Position numbers and translations under genes: made by a program. From the NCBI GenBank assembly GCA_027923505.1, contig BROI01000001.1:1550001-1614000 (forward strand): 64,000 bases of DNA. Direction: 5' to 3'. Source of the DNA: Mayamaea pseudoterrestris (lineage: Eukaryota). Shown here piece by piece: positions 21,327 through 32,555 of the stretch; position 1 is the first letter of the stretch; every line of letters begins with the position of its first letter. The notes beneath the pieces were generated by a model. That model was not told where the DNA came from. It saw only the letters and a list, made by a program, of their open reading frames with translations, and searched no databases.

Positions 21327-21977
21327 ATGAAAGCTGCAGCTCCCGTCATTGCGACTCTGCTCGCCTGCGTTCCTGTATCGAGTGCGTTCGGCGTCAAGCC
21401 ATTGCCGAAGAATGGCCAATGCTCATCGTCGTCCACAATGACCAGCCTTCAATCATCAAGAACCATGGTTGATTGGGAGATTACCAAGGCACAAGATGAG
21501 GACATTGAGATACTAGCAACCATGCTGGAGCGCAAGCGCGAGTTTGATCGCGACTTGAACGGAGAAGACTTCAACAAGGCGTTGCAGCCTCGACAGGGAT
21601 CGACGCTCAAAACACTCTTTCCAAGCTTTCCACAGTGCCAAACACTATTTATCGCTGAACAAGACTCTCCGCCAGACGATTACATTGGTTACGCCACGTA
21701 CGGAACAAAACATGAAGGCTTTGGACCGCCCTATCTATGGCTCGAAGACATTTACATTGACCCGAAACGACGAAGCGGCGGAGCCGGCACGGTCGTGATG
21801 AACCAGCTCGCCGAGGAAGCTGCCAACTTGAATTGTACGCATCTAGTTTGGATTGTTGAGCAAGGGAATCATCGTGGTATCAAGTTTTACGAAAAACTTG
21901 GTGCGGAGATTGATCGTCGTGACGTTTACCAAAACATGGCGCGCATGAAGTGGGTGCCTCCAACCTTGGCGTCCTAA
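21327..21977 (+). CDS. GNAT N-acetyltransferase (SSAT/diamine acetyltransferase-like), predicted plastid-targeted
   Basis: Signal peptide ending VSSA|FGV; LWLEDIYIDPKRRSGGAG, NHRGIKFYEKLGA. Confidence 0.85.
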   Translation: MKAAAPVIATLLACVPVSSAFGVKPLPKNGQCSSSSTMTSLQSSRTMVDWEITKAQDEDIEILATMLERKREFDRDLNGEDFNKALQPRQGSTLKTLFPSFPQCQTLFIAEQDSPPDDYIGYATYGTKHEGFGPPYLWLEDIYIDPKRRSGGAGTVVMNQLAEEAANLNCTHLVWIVEQGNHRGIKFYEKLGAEIDRRDVYQNMARMKWVPPTLAS

Positions 21978-22220
21978 GAGACGCTTGTTACTATTTCTAG
22001 CAGTCGCACAAAAGTTGTAGATTGCAATTTATTTACTTGTATACGTTGACTACGGCTTTATTGCAGTAGACGTGTGTTCATATGTATAATAGGCGATTAA
22101 TATGCTCATTCATCCTCGATTGCAGCATGCTTCGATTCCACCGAACACTTTCAAGCGGCGCGTTGGTCATTTATGCCGCTCATTCATGTTGAAGCTGCGA
22201 CTTGTTATCAGTTTAACTTT

Positions 22221-24323
22221 TTAAGCACTGGTACCATGTGAAGTCTTGGCCAGTTTCCTCCATTGTTCTGGTGTCCAGTACCAGCCAGACATACCAAAAA
22301 ACGAATTGATGGCATCTGCACTTGGTACAGACCATCCATACTTATCAAGCTGACAAGATCTTGGTGCTTCGCCTCTCACCCAAACCCAATAAACGCTTAT
22401 CAGACTGGGGCTTACCAATTGAATGATCTTTGTTGGAACTGGTTCTTTCACCTCCGGACATGCATGGCCTTCTTTAAGCTGGTATCCAGTAAAGCTAACC
22501 GGCTTACCATCCTCCGTATAAATTCCGACAATATCAACGACATGGAATGGCGAATATTCAGGCCAGAAGAAGGAAATTGTCGGGCGGCTCGGAGGTTTGA
22601 AGTCAGAAAGTAACTCCGCAGGAGATGTATAATTCTTTAAAAGTTTCGGAAGCCGGCCCCGATTGTTGAATTCAACAGTAACTTCCTCATGTCCAAACCA
22701 CGACCCACATATGAATTGGTCATCATACATCCTGGCAAGGCGTCGTGCTATTAGTTGAAAGCAGAACAGGGCTTCCCAGCCATCACCTGATTTGTCTCGT
22801 GCCGTCTTGAAGTTCATCAGCAAGTCTGCCATTCCTCTCATAAGTGCGACATAATTCTCATCTGGAAGGTCAAAGTTTTTTAGTATGTACAAGTGCGCGT
22901 ATGGTGTCCAGATAATTTTCTTATCTCCTCCACTGTCACTTCGTGTTGCGAGAAGGGCTTGCAAAGGTCCTGGCACCGATTGAACATTGCCAGCAAATAT
23001 CGAGGCAAAAAGTGGCCTGAGAGAGCGCATCTTCGTCGCGTCGTCAAATGCATTAAAGCGAACGACTGCACGCTCCATCTCGATAGAGTATCTTGGCTCG
23101 TCTTTGAATTGAGTGCAGATAATACCAGGTATCAACCCATAAAACACTGCATCTCTCTCCCCATGCAAGTTTTCATTCAGCCTTTTGCGTGCGATTTCGA
23201 GATCGTCGACAGTTGGAAGCGTCTGTAGCATGACTCTGCGATCACTTGTCCTTGAACGGTCAAGAATATCAGCAATCGCAAAAGACGACGGAAGTGCATG
23301 AGATGAAAAAATTAAGTACCTGCCCATTTCGGCCATAAATTCTCCGCGTAAAAAATCGCCAAATGCTCTGGCAACCCGCGTTCCCCCCGGATTGGATGTA
23401 TTCAACTTGGCCGGCTCATCAATAGTTAGTTCCGTCAAATTGTCCAAATCATCAATAAGCAAGGTAGCAAAGTCTGGTTCAAGCCACTTTCGTAGCTTTA
23501 ATGGATCAAAGTAATACTCTTTTGCAAGAAATTTCTGAAACTCCAGCGGTTTATTAGTGAGATTGTTCGAATAAAACCAGACTCCAAAAGCGATTCGTCG
23601 GCATAGTGCTTGGATTGGGTCAGACTGTTCATCAGACTCAATCGAGGTGTCATCGGTGAATGAAATGTATATTGGAGTGTACCCGGTATTCTCCTTGATG
23701 TAACGGGCCATTTCTTGTAACGCTCGGCTTTTGCCGCTGCAGGAACAGCCAGATACCGCCATAGGCGACACGCGTTGTCTTCGGCATCCATCAGAATACT
23801 TTGCCTCTTCGAGTACCTTTACCATCACTCGCTGCATCCAATCGAATTCAGCGACAAATTCAGGATCCTTGAAAAGCTTATAAGGAGCGGGATAGTCTCT
23901 GGGCTGGCCCAAAGTATCGAAATCGAAAGACTGATTGCGTTTGGTGTGGCCAGCCAAGTCGGGTTTTTCGCTCCATTGCTCGAGCACTTCTTGCCCAGCT
24001 GTCACCAATCGACCAAGCGTGTATGTTCCGCCATCTTCGAGTACGCAGTAGCTATACAAGTGAGCGCCTTCTGGGTCGATTAGAAATTTCGCTTGCGCTT
24101 CGAGAAGCATGCGAAAAGCATAATCACAGTCAAGAATTACATCGAAAGTCGTGTTCGCAAGTGTGTCAATGATTGTAAGTTGTTTGACATTCAGTTGAGT
24201 ATCATCCGACTTGGGCTTCTTGCTACGAAATTCCTTATCGTTTCTGCTTGGACTCGGATGCTGCAATGACAACGGCGCCTCCTTTGCGGCGTTGCTCTGG
24301 CGAGAGTCATTCAAATCGTCCAT
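22221..24323 (-). CDS. P-loop NTPase + C-terminal PD-(D/E)xK-like nuclease (Crinkler/CR-type architecture)
   Basis: Walker A GCSCSGKS, Walker B LLIDD; C-terminal GDGWEALF...VVDIVGIY...GYQLKEG. Intronless 700 aa. Confidence 0.65.
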   Translation of the reverse strand: MDDLNDSRQSNAAKEAPLSLQHPSPSRNDKEFRSKKPKSDDTQLNVKQLTIIDTLANTTFDVILDCDYAFRMLLEAQAKFLIDPEGAHLYSYCVLEDGGTYTLGRLVTAGQEVLEQWSEKPDLAGHTKRNQSFDFDTLGQPRDYPAPYKLFKDPEFVAEFDWMQRVMVKVLEEAKYSDGCRRQRVSPMAVSGCSCSGKSRALQEMARYIKENTGYTPIYISFTDDTSIESDEQSDPIQALCRRIAFGVWFYSNNLTNKPLEFQKFLAKEYYFDPLKLRKWLEPDFATLLIDDLDNLTELTIDEPAKLNTSNPGGTRVARAFGDFLRGEFMAEMGRYLIFSSHALPSSFAIADILDRSRTSDRRVMLQTLPTVDDLEIARKRLNENLHGERDAVFYGLIPGIICTQFKDEPRYSIEMERAVVRFNAFDDATKMRSLRPLFASIFAGNVQSVPGPLQALLATRSDSGGDKKIIWTPYAHLYILKNFDLPDENYVALMRGMADLLMNFKTARDKSGDGWEALFCFQLIARRLARMYDDQFICGSWFGHEEVTVEFNNRGRLPKLLKNYTSPAELLSDFKPPSRPTISFFWPEYSPFHVVDIVGIYTEDGKPVSFTGYQLKEGHACPEVKEPVPTKIIQLVSPSLISVYWVWVRGEAPRSCQLDKYGWSVPSADAINSFFGMSGWYWTPEQWRKLAKTSHGTSA

Positions 24324-24627
24324 TCTTTTGGCTCACTGCGATTGTAATGAAATTGGCTTTCGTTTGCTCCTATTCTGCGAATGTCGTGGTGCAAAGAAAC
24401 CCAAAATGAACATCGACGCCATCGAAGAAAAATGCGAGCGCATTTGTGCCGGTAAGACAGTTGCTTGTCGGCGAAGCTTGCGACATCCGATGGCCGATAG
24501 AAAAGATGCACATACTTTACGCCTGCACATTACTTAATCAATCATGATTCCTGTTGGAAAGAGTATTGCGTATACGCTCCAATTCCTCTACTGTAAAAAC
24601 TGACAAACCATGCATTGCTTCGTTTCA

Positions 24628-25765
24628 TCATCGCCCTTTCAATATGAGCTTGCGCGTCATGACCATGCCGGCGGCCGATAAGCCAAACCACGTGACGGCA
24701 TAACCAACGTGCACGGCCGGCGTCACTTTGAACTCTCCAATTTGGTCGGCCGTGGGCGCAAGTGGAAGGCTGCTGCTGCTGCCTGTGATTTTGTCTGACG
24801 TGGGACGAACGGCGGTGAAATATGGAGCCGATAGTGGCACGTTTCCCACGGCCTTCATGGTGGGAGCGTCAAACCAGTAAAGCTTTGGTGGCTTTGAAGA
24901 TATGTCGTGATCCGCGACGAGATACTTTGGGTCTGTAAGTAAATGAAAGTGCGACAGAGTGAGGCACCACGAGTGAAGCGAGTCAGTGATCACTGGAGGA
25001 ATCGCAGAATTCCATCGTCCCGAGACTCCACAATGCGACGTTTTATAATGAGAACAACGTACGTTCCGTCTCCGTCACGACGCCAACGACTTGAACGTTT
25101 CCCGTCGGTCGATCCCACTGGAGCAAGTCGGGTGACGGCTGCTGCACATGACGCTGCTGACGCCGTGCATCGTCCGCCACCAAGTTGCGGGGCACCCATC
25201 CTCGATTGACCAACACGTAATTGTCATTGGATAATGTGGCAGCTGCCATTTCTCGGTAAGGCTGGACTTTTGTAGTTCGAAACCACGACGTCCATTTCGA
25301 AGCAGTCTGCTTGTTTGCATCGTCATTCGCTCCATTGTCATGTTTCTCATCCAACAATTGCAGCGGCGTCACGACATAGTATCCCTGCGGCGCGCTGCTC
25401 AAACCCTTGGCGCTCGATCCGGGCGCATGGCCCAACGCTCCCGCCGGAGGGCCGCGAGGACCAACGAGGAATTCTTTATGGTGCAGAAATGTGCCAGTCA
25501 ACGAGTAGCGCCGAAATGATTCCTTCGACTTCTTGCTGTTGGTAGTCCCAGCGATAGAATCATGAGTTTCGTCATTCACTAGACTGTTTGCATAATATTT
25601 TAGCGGCTCCATGCTCAATTCCTTGGCGCGCTGCTCGACGAGCTGCTGCTTTTGCAAGAGTCGCTGCGTCTGCCAGCAGCCCAAGCCAAAGGTTCCGGCG
25701 CAGAGCGATCCAAAAAAGAGCTTGCCGGCAGTGTTCAAGGCAGCAGGAGGTGGAGGTATTGACAT
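24628..25765 (-). CDS. SURF1: SURF1/Shy1 cytochrome c oxidase assembly protein; intron 24933-25062
   Basis: TFGLGCWQTQRL, GYYVVTPL, VLVNRGWVP, spliced ETE-HPKY, HVGYAVTWFGLS. Confidence 0.93.
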
Positions 25766-26042
25766 TTTGTATCAGCAAATGTGATAGCGGTGAAGAGTAG
25801 TAGAATAGCCTGCAGTGAGCGCCAATGTTCGTCATGGTGGAAGGCCGCGTCAGAAACCGCATTGAGTCCCGCTGCGAAGTAGAGAACCGCTCCGACACTT
25901 TGACGATCAACCAACTTCAACTTTCACCATGGCACGGAATTTGGAAGATCCATCAACATCGGCAGCAGCAAACAAGTGAACCAACCTTCACCCTATTCAT
26001 CGATTCAAATCTTATATTCTTGTTACAATTGGACGAAGTAAT

Positions 26043-27394
26043 ATGCGACTCGCAGCATTAGCCTTCGCCATGTTGCTGCAATTCGCTCCGGGCGTTTTTG
26101 GATTTGTCACACCAGCTCATTCATTGTCAACAATTAACAAGCATGAAGATTCAACTACATCACTTTCATCATCCCTCAAGCAACCCACGTGGCAGGCCGA
26201 CTTGGACGAGCTTGTGAGTCCACTGACGCCTCCGGGCCGTCGGCAAATCTTGCTGCAGGAACTGTTGAATGCCAACCAGGAGATTCGAGCGAGCGTCCAA
26301 AAGGCGCTGCAGGACAGAAATGTGAGTATGAAAAAGTATAATATGAATGCTTATAAATGCGTGTTTTAAATAATGAGGCGTCCAATTTTTTCTGCTATTT
26401 CTAACCATATCAATTGTGTTCACAGATTGACCCCCTGCTGACTCCAACGCAACGCAAGCTGCAAGCCGGAACGCAAGCCGTGGCGCGACAATTGGCCAAC
26501 GACATTTTACCGTCACTGGCGCAAAACGGTCCTCCGTCGGATCCACTGTCACTGCTGCCATCGCCAGACGACTTGCAAAAGGTTGGATCCAGTGTCTTGG
26601 CCGCTATTGGCAATCAACTGCAACGCAACTTTGAGATTTTGCAATCCGATTTAGTTGACCCAGCCACGCGCATTCCGCAGCGCTTGTCGAAGCAAACGAA
26701 AGACTTGGTCAAGGAGGCGCAGAATGTGCTGCGCGACACACCCGTTGGTTTGCAGGAACCGCCGTACACGGTCGTGGCGGAAGCGGCCGACTACGAGATT
26801 CGCGACTACGCGGCCTACACCGTGGCCTGCACCAACATGGCAACCGTCCAGGGCGAAAGCAGCGGCGATAGCATTGGCGAAAATGGCAGCGAGTCAGCGA
26901 GTAGCATCACCGACGTTGGACAATCGGGTGCCGCCTTTAACTCGCTCGCCGCCTACTTGTTTGGCGCCAATGCGCAAGGCCAGTCCATGGACATGACAAC
27001 GCCCGTCACCACAACCTTTCAGGGCGAAATGCGCTTCTACTTGGCGTCTCCCAGTGTACCGGCACCACTGGACGCCAGCAACAGTAACAATCCGTATGAG
27101 ACTGGTCGCGTGTGGATTCAAAACATTCCAGCCGCCCGACTGGCCGTGCGACGCTTCACTGGGTTTGTCACGGACGGCGAAATTGCGCGACAAAAGGAGA
27201 GTCTACTGCTGGCGTTGCAGTTGGATGGTGTTGAACTGGATGTGGCGCATGGCCAAACGGTTGGTCACGTTATTTTTCAGTACAATCCACCGTACACGAT
27301 TCCAGTCATGAGGCGCAATGAGATTGCTGTTCCAGTGTTGAGAGATCTTTCGCAGAATTTGGATGATGCGTGGCAGGTGGAGACGGAGGAATGA
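26043..27394 (+). CDS. SOUL heme-binding family protein, predicted plastid-targeted; intron 26322-26425
   Basis: Signal peptide VFG|FVTP; PPYTVV...YEIRDY, AFNSLAAYLFGAN, MDMTTPV, AVRRFTG, QYNPPYTIPVMRRNEI. Confidence 0.92.
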
Positions 27395-27599
27395 GTTTTT
27401 TGGTTCGGGTGGGATGACTTCATATGGGATGCACCATCTGCGCTCGCTCCGACGGTTTTTTAATTACCGCGATTGCTGGTTAGCAGTGATTCGCCGGCTT
27501 TGTGTGGTTACTTTAGATTTATATGCATGTTCTACACCTTTGCTTACGACGTGGCGTCAACTGTATACTGTACATATGTAGCTCCATGCAATACTTTTA

Positions 27600-29075
27600 C
27601 TAACTAATTACTGCGTAGTACGGATCACCTCCATCATACGCCGGATCCCGCTTTCGAAAGCCAGTCTCAAAAATCACGCCCGTCACCTCCACTCCAGTAT
27701 CCTGCAGCAGCGACTCCATCCACGCATTCATCCCATACTTGTTCTTGATCAACCCATGATAGTGAAACCGAAATACTCCATCCTTGATCGAAAGCAGCTC
27801 CGTACAACTCCCAAATATTTGCAGCGCCGGCTGAATCTGATCCACAATGTTTGCGTCACACTCTCCCTTGCGCAACGTACCCACCAGTGTTTGGTAGGCT
27901 TCGTACGGCGCCCGCTCCTTGGCGTGCCAGGCTTGCGAGACGCCTGCTGGCAGCCATTCGGCGTTCTTGCTGCGCGCCAGTTCGACGGCGCGTTGGCGGG
28001 CCCGAAAGGGAGTCATTTCGTCGAAATTGGTGGGATTGTCGGTGAAGCGATTGTTCGTGTAGTTCTTTGGCTCAAAGCCATCCGGTTCGGGATAGCCGTG
28101 CCACTTTGCCACGTGAATGGGAACGGGCAAAGTGTCTGGCAGGAAGGGATCAATGGTAGTTTCAATTACTTCGAGCGTGTTGCGAAACTGAACGACTTGA
28201 TCATTGAGCGCCAGCTCTGGATCATGTGGGGCAAACTGCGGCTCCAGCATACTTTCGTTGCGTGTACGAATGTCCGTCATGAAGGAATTTCGACTTCCAA
28301 TCATGGTGCGGCTGTCAATGGGATTGGAGTGTCCAAAGACTGGATCCCATCCAACTTCGATCCCTTCATCGTCAATGGGCGCTTCCGTCACAAAGCTTGC
28401 TCCAAACGCCATTTCCTTTTGCACGCTGCGAATGTTGGGATCCATGTTATCGTTCGTTTGCGGCGCCAGCGGGTCCCACTCGTACTCGTAGCGGGCCTGC
28501 AAATCGCGCATGGTCCACGCACCAAGCGTTTCCGCGTCGAGCGCATCCGGATCGTCGGCGTTGACATATTTGGTTTCCTCGTCGTCAATCAGTTCGCCGT
28601 AATCGTCCGACAGCAACAATACATCCTGGGCGCTGCGCTGCGCCACATCGCGCAGTATTTGCTCGCGCATCAAGGCTTGCTCCTCCGTCTCCAAAATGGC
28701 GCCGGGACGATTCTGCGTCTCGGCTTCCAAGTAAGTCAAGTACTCGGATGGAGGTTCGCGAGGGGCGTAGTACTTGGGGCGATCAATGTCTTCGTCGGCA
28801 TTGTGAACGGCAGCCGCAGTCTTACTGCTGCTTTTAACGGCGTCTTTTGATTTAGTGGAAGAGCCTTTGGATTTTGCGTGTAATGCAAATATTCTTGCGT
28901 TATGATTCGCTAGTTGTGAGCCTCTCTCTGCAAGAGTAAATGATCCTTGTCGATTTAAAGCAAACGACGAGGAAATGGACCAGCCATCAACAGAGGTAGT
29001 CACTGCTAGGACAATCAATACTCTTAGATGCGATAGCGACCTTTTAAAGCTATTTGCATGACTTATAGAAGTCAT
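27600..29075 (-). CDS. Conserved-looking hypothetical protein, probably plastid-targeted
   Basis: ~490-aa ORF; signal peptide ending VDG|WSISS plus transit-like segment; ordered C-terminal domain (FHYHGLIKNKYGM...FETGFRKRDP). Confidence 0.7.
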   Translation of the reverse strand: MTSISHANSFKRSLSHLRVLIVLAVTTSVDGWSISSSFALNRQGSFTLAERGSQLANHNARIFALHAKSKGSSTKSKDAVKSSSKTAAAVHNADEDIDRPKYYAPREPPSEYLTYLEAETQNRPGAILETEEQALMREQILRDVAQRSAQDVLLLSDDYGELIDDEETKYVNADDPDALDAETLGAWTMRDLQARYEYEWDPLAPQTNDNMDPNIRSVQKEMAFGASFVTEAPIDDEGIEVGWDPVFGHSNPIDSRTMIGSRNSFMTDIRTRNESMLEPQFAPHDPELALNDQVVQFRNTLEVIETTIDPFLPDTLPVPIHVAKWHGYPEPDGFEPKNYTNNRFTDNPTNFDEMTPFRARQRAVELARSKNAEWLPAGVSQAWHAKERAPYEAYQTLVGTLRKGECDANIVDQIQPALQIFGSCTELLSIKDGVFRFHYHGLIKNKYGMNAWMESLLQDTGVEVTGVIFETGFRKRDPAYDGGDPYYAVIS

Positions 29076-29371
29076 GTCGTTTGCAAATTCTAGAGTCTTC
29101 AAGTAGCTTCATTCACCGACGTTAGCTGATTGTCCGCATTATGGATGTCACCATGGTGATGGATGCGGTGTGCACGCATTGTAACGGACGACCGCCAGAC
29201 ATGTCAGCGTGAGTAACGTTGCGACCGTCTACTGCACTTCCGGTTCGTCCACGGTCCCCGCGGTCCACGATCATCCGCACACGCTGCGATGATAGCCTCA
29301 CGCTTTAATGCATTCTTATCGCATTATCTCTATCAATACTTTCACGCGTGCGCAAGGATTGACAGCTTATC

Positions 29372-31060
29372 ATGGATGATGATTCCGACGACGATTCCGA
29401 CGACGAATATTACTATGATGAGACTTATTTGCGTCGCAATGAAAAAAAGCTTTCGAATTACATTCAAAGAGTCACAGGAGCAACGCCACCAACTGCAGGG
29501 TCTCAATTAAAGTTCTTAACAGGTTTGTTGCAAGATAATAAGCAACGACGCGCAACTGCTTGGATTCACCACGTGGAGCGACTGCTGAAGGATGGTTTGC
29601 GAAAGCTTGCTGATGGCGTCAAAATACCGGTATCCATCAATGACGATTACCGGTACAGCAATCTCTCGGACTTCTTATTCACCAATGAGCTACTCATTAT
29701 TCTGACACGTCAACCTCATTTAAAAGAGCGCTTCCTCGCTGCTCTTAGAGAACAGTCTACAAAAATGACGACTTTTGCAGTGACATTCGACAATGTATTG
29801 AATTTAATAGGAAAAAAACTTGCGGCCTTGACAATTCCCCATTCGATGGATTTGATTGTCATGACGACTGCAATTGGTCAGATTCTCGGCTCCTTTCCGC
29901 ATCTCGAGACAATGCTTGTATTATTTAATGGCGCGGCTGATCAGCGCACTTGCATTATAAATGCTCAGGTCGTCCTTGGATGCCGTCAAGTGAAGCGACT
30001 GGTGTTACAACCAACTTATTTTCGGCCAGAATCTCTTGCAATCTTCTCTGACTACATCCAAGGTCATCCGTGTCTAGAGGACGTTGAAATCGCTGGTTGT
30101 GGCGAAGAATTTGAACCACATGAAGACATTTTTGAATACCTCATCCGCCCTCTAGCTTTCGTCAAGCAACTTAAAGCAATTAAAATAAATTGCAGATGGA
30201 TAGAGATAAACCTTCATGAGGCAGAGATTATACGCAATGTACTGAAAGTTGAGACGCTCCTAAAAGCTGACCTGCAGGTTTTTGACTTAAATGAAGAAGC
30301 AATCGACACTATTTGTACAGGTCTGGCTGAAAGTAATCTGAAAAAGCTGACTGCTGCTGAGTGGACTTATCCGGAGCACAGGTGTGCATCAGTGGTGCAG
30401 GCGCTCACATCGTCCAAGCTAGTCGAGCTTTCTTTCAACGATGATTCAAGTGCAACTTGTAACGCCCTGAGCCTTAAATTGACGTCATCGGCATGTTGCT
30501 TGGAGATTCTTCGCGTTGGAATTACGAGCGCGGGATATCTTGCAGCGCTCCTGCAGCACGGTTTACAGTGGAGTGTTCCATGCCTTCATCTGGTATTCGA
30601 CGACTCGTTTGTGTGGACTGAGGATTGTGAAATTGCATTCGCGCTCTATGTGGCGAACAACAGCCACCTTCGACGCCTCATTCTTACTTGCACCGATTTT
30701 CATCGGCATGGCAGTCGCATGGCCGGCATGCCTATCTTGGAAGCGTTTGGCTCTGGCGTTGGACGACTAGACGAGCTCGAAATTGTGGATGGCGATGGAA
30801 AGTCCATTGGCAATGACTGGGCCTTGACGCTGAAGAAGCATGCCGGTTCGAATTTGAACCGCCATCGCCGACGCGCAGGCGCCATGTTTGCTGCTGCAAT
30901 GCAGGCTGAATCTGCAGGCATTCGTCGAGCAGCTCTGGTGAAAGGATTGTTCACGGTGAATGCGAGTGCTCGATTTGCATTCCTGTCAAACAATGAATTG
31001 ATGTGCCGCCGTGTTCTTTTGGAGGAGATGGAGCTTGCGATGGTGGGGCCAGCGGAATAG
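29372..31060 (+). CDS. RNI-like/degenerate leucine-rich-repeat protein (diatom-expanded type)
   Basis: 562 aa; recurring LxxLxL units (LETMLV, VKRLVL, LKKLTA, LVELSF, LEILRV, LRRLIL, LDELEI). Confidence 0.65.
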   Translation: MDDDSDDDSDDEYYYDETYLRRNEKKLSNYIQRVTGATPPTAGSQLKFLTGLLQDNKQRRATAWIHHVERLLKDGLRKLADGVKIPVSINDDYRYSNLSDFLFTNELLIILTRQPHLKERFLAALREQSTKMTTFAVTFDNVLNLIGKKLAALTIPHSMDLIVMTTAIGQILGSFPHLETMLVLFNGAADQRTCIINAQVVLGCRQVKRLVLQPTYFRPESLAIFSDYIQGHPCLEDVEIAGCGEEFEPHEDIFEYLIRPLAFVKQLKAIKINCRWIEINLHEAEIIRNVLKVETLLKADLQVFDLNEEAIDTICTGLAESNLKKLTAAEWTYPEHRCASVVQALTSSKLVELSFNDDSSATCNALSLKLTSSACCLEILRVGITSAGYLAALLQHGLQWSVPCLHLVFDDSFVWTEDCEIAFALYVANNSHLRRLILTCTDFHRHGSRMAGMPILEAFGSGVGRLDELEIVDGDGKSIGNDWALTLKKHAGSNLNRHRRRAGAMFAAAMQAESAGIRRAALVKGLFTVNASARFAFLSNNELMCRRVLLEEMELAMVGPAE

Positions 31061-31744
31061 ACAAAATGACAGAGAGCTTTGTCGACTGCAGCCTTTTGCA
31101 CCATGCCACTGCGTCGCTCTGTTTATCGCATTGCAGGTTGGATGAAGGCAGTAGTTTCTGCCATTGATAAATTTATAATACTCTATTGTACCGGTAGGTT
31201 GTGTGATGCCACACGTTTTCTCTTATTCTTGGCTAATGGACGTGACAACTCAAGTTAACTACTGGTCTGACATTTGTACTGCCTGTAGGCGCTTTTGTGA
31301 GCGAAACTTTTGAAAGTTTTTCTCCGCAATCGGTTTGTCTACGGCAGTAGCGTAATCTAACATGCCGTTGTATAGCTTGACACCGCGTCAAAACGTGAGA
31401 CTTGCTGGTGATTCGCTTATGGCGATGGACACATCCCGACTACCTCATGGTATGTATCACACCCAATTCATATAGAATAATACGTAGTTTTAGTACATTG
31501 TAGCTTTTTAATCAGCAGCGCAACGTCAAAGTATAGTAGCAGCATGGATTCTGCGATGGACGTTCCAAGTGAGCGAACGCAAGGCAGCAGCAGCATCTCA
31601 GCTCAGTCGCATGGTTGAAAAGTCGAAATTAATGTAGAAGTGTGAATAGTAAGATACAGGAGGTGCATCAGCGTAGCGTAGCGAAAGAAATGGAACAAGT
31701 AGAAGGCGTTGGAGAAGGAAAGTGGCATGTGCAGTTGATATAAA

Positions 31745-32131
31745 CTAGAACATGAGCGACTCGAACGGGTCGTTCGTTGACCGTTTCATGGGCAGATGAA
31801 AGTTGCCGCTCCGTGGCTGCGAAAGTAGCAGTTGCAAGGACTCAATCTCTGGAACGTCATCGTTGTCGCGCTGTATGGGTCGAAACGTATGCATCGTAGG
31901 AGTTGCCGCAACATTTCCGTTCCTGTCCATGCCAATGCTGTCGGGCGTGACGAGGATAAAGTCATGCTGCTGCTGCTCGAGCGACTCAGTCGTCTTAAAG
32001 GGAGTCTCCTGAACGTCTTGAAGCAAACCATCTTGGTTGACATTGGGAGAAAGGCGATGGACTTGCTGCCGTTTGCGCGACGCGACGAAATCGTTGGAAC
32101 GAGTCGCGTGGAAAGCGTCACAAAGCATCAT
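31745..32131 (-). CDS. Small hypothetical protein
   Basis: ORF from MMLCDAF; no domain recognised. Confidence 0.4.
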   Translation of the reverse strand: MMLCDAFHATRSNDFVASRKRQQVHRLSPNVNQDGLLQDVQETPFKTTESLEQQQHDFILVTPDSIGMDRNGNVAATPTMHTFRPIQRDNDDVPEIESLQLLLSQPRSGNFHLPMKRSTNDPFESLMF

Positions 32132-32555
32132 GATGAAGATGAGTGTCTTCCGGCTGGTAAATAGACAAGGCAGGACTTGGGTTTGGTGCAAGCTGTAGCA
32201 GTCTCTCAAGTGTGTATGATATCGACGGGTCAATGTTTTGATCTGACACATTGCAATGGAAGGAAGAGCGCGCTTCGGTGCGTTGGGCGCGATGCAGCGC
32301 AAGTTGAACCACGAAACGGGAAGGCTTTGCCGAAATAAGTGTCAAAGGTGTCAGCAGTGGTCATTCGTTCGCAAGGAACACTTGAAAATGTTCTTCGGAA
32401 TGACACCTCTCGTTCCTTCAGCTGACGTCAGGATGAGCGAAACGGAAGCGTTACTGAAATGACATTCTCATATCCACCACCAACCAACAACGTCGTTCCA
32501 TTTGAATTCCGACAACAACTTGCAAACTCCTTTTGTACAAGCAATCATCTTCTTC

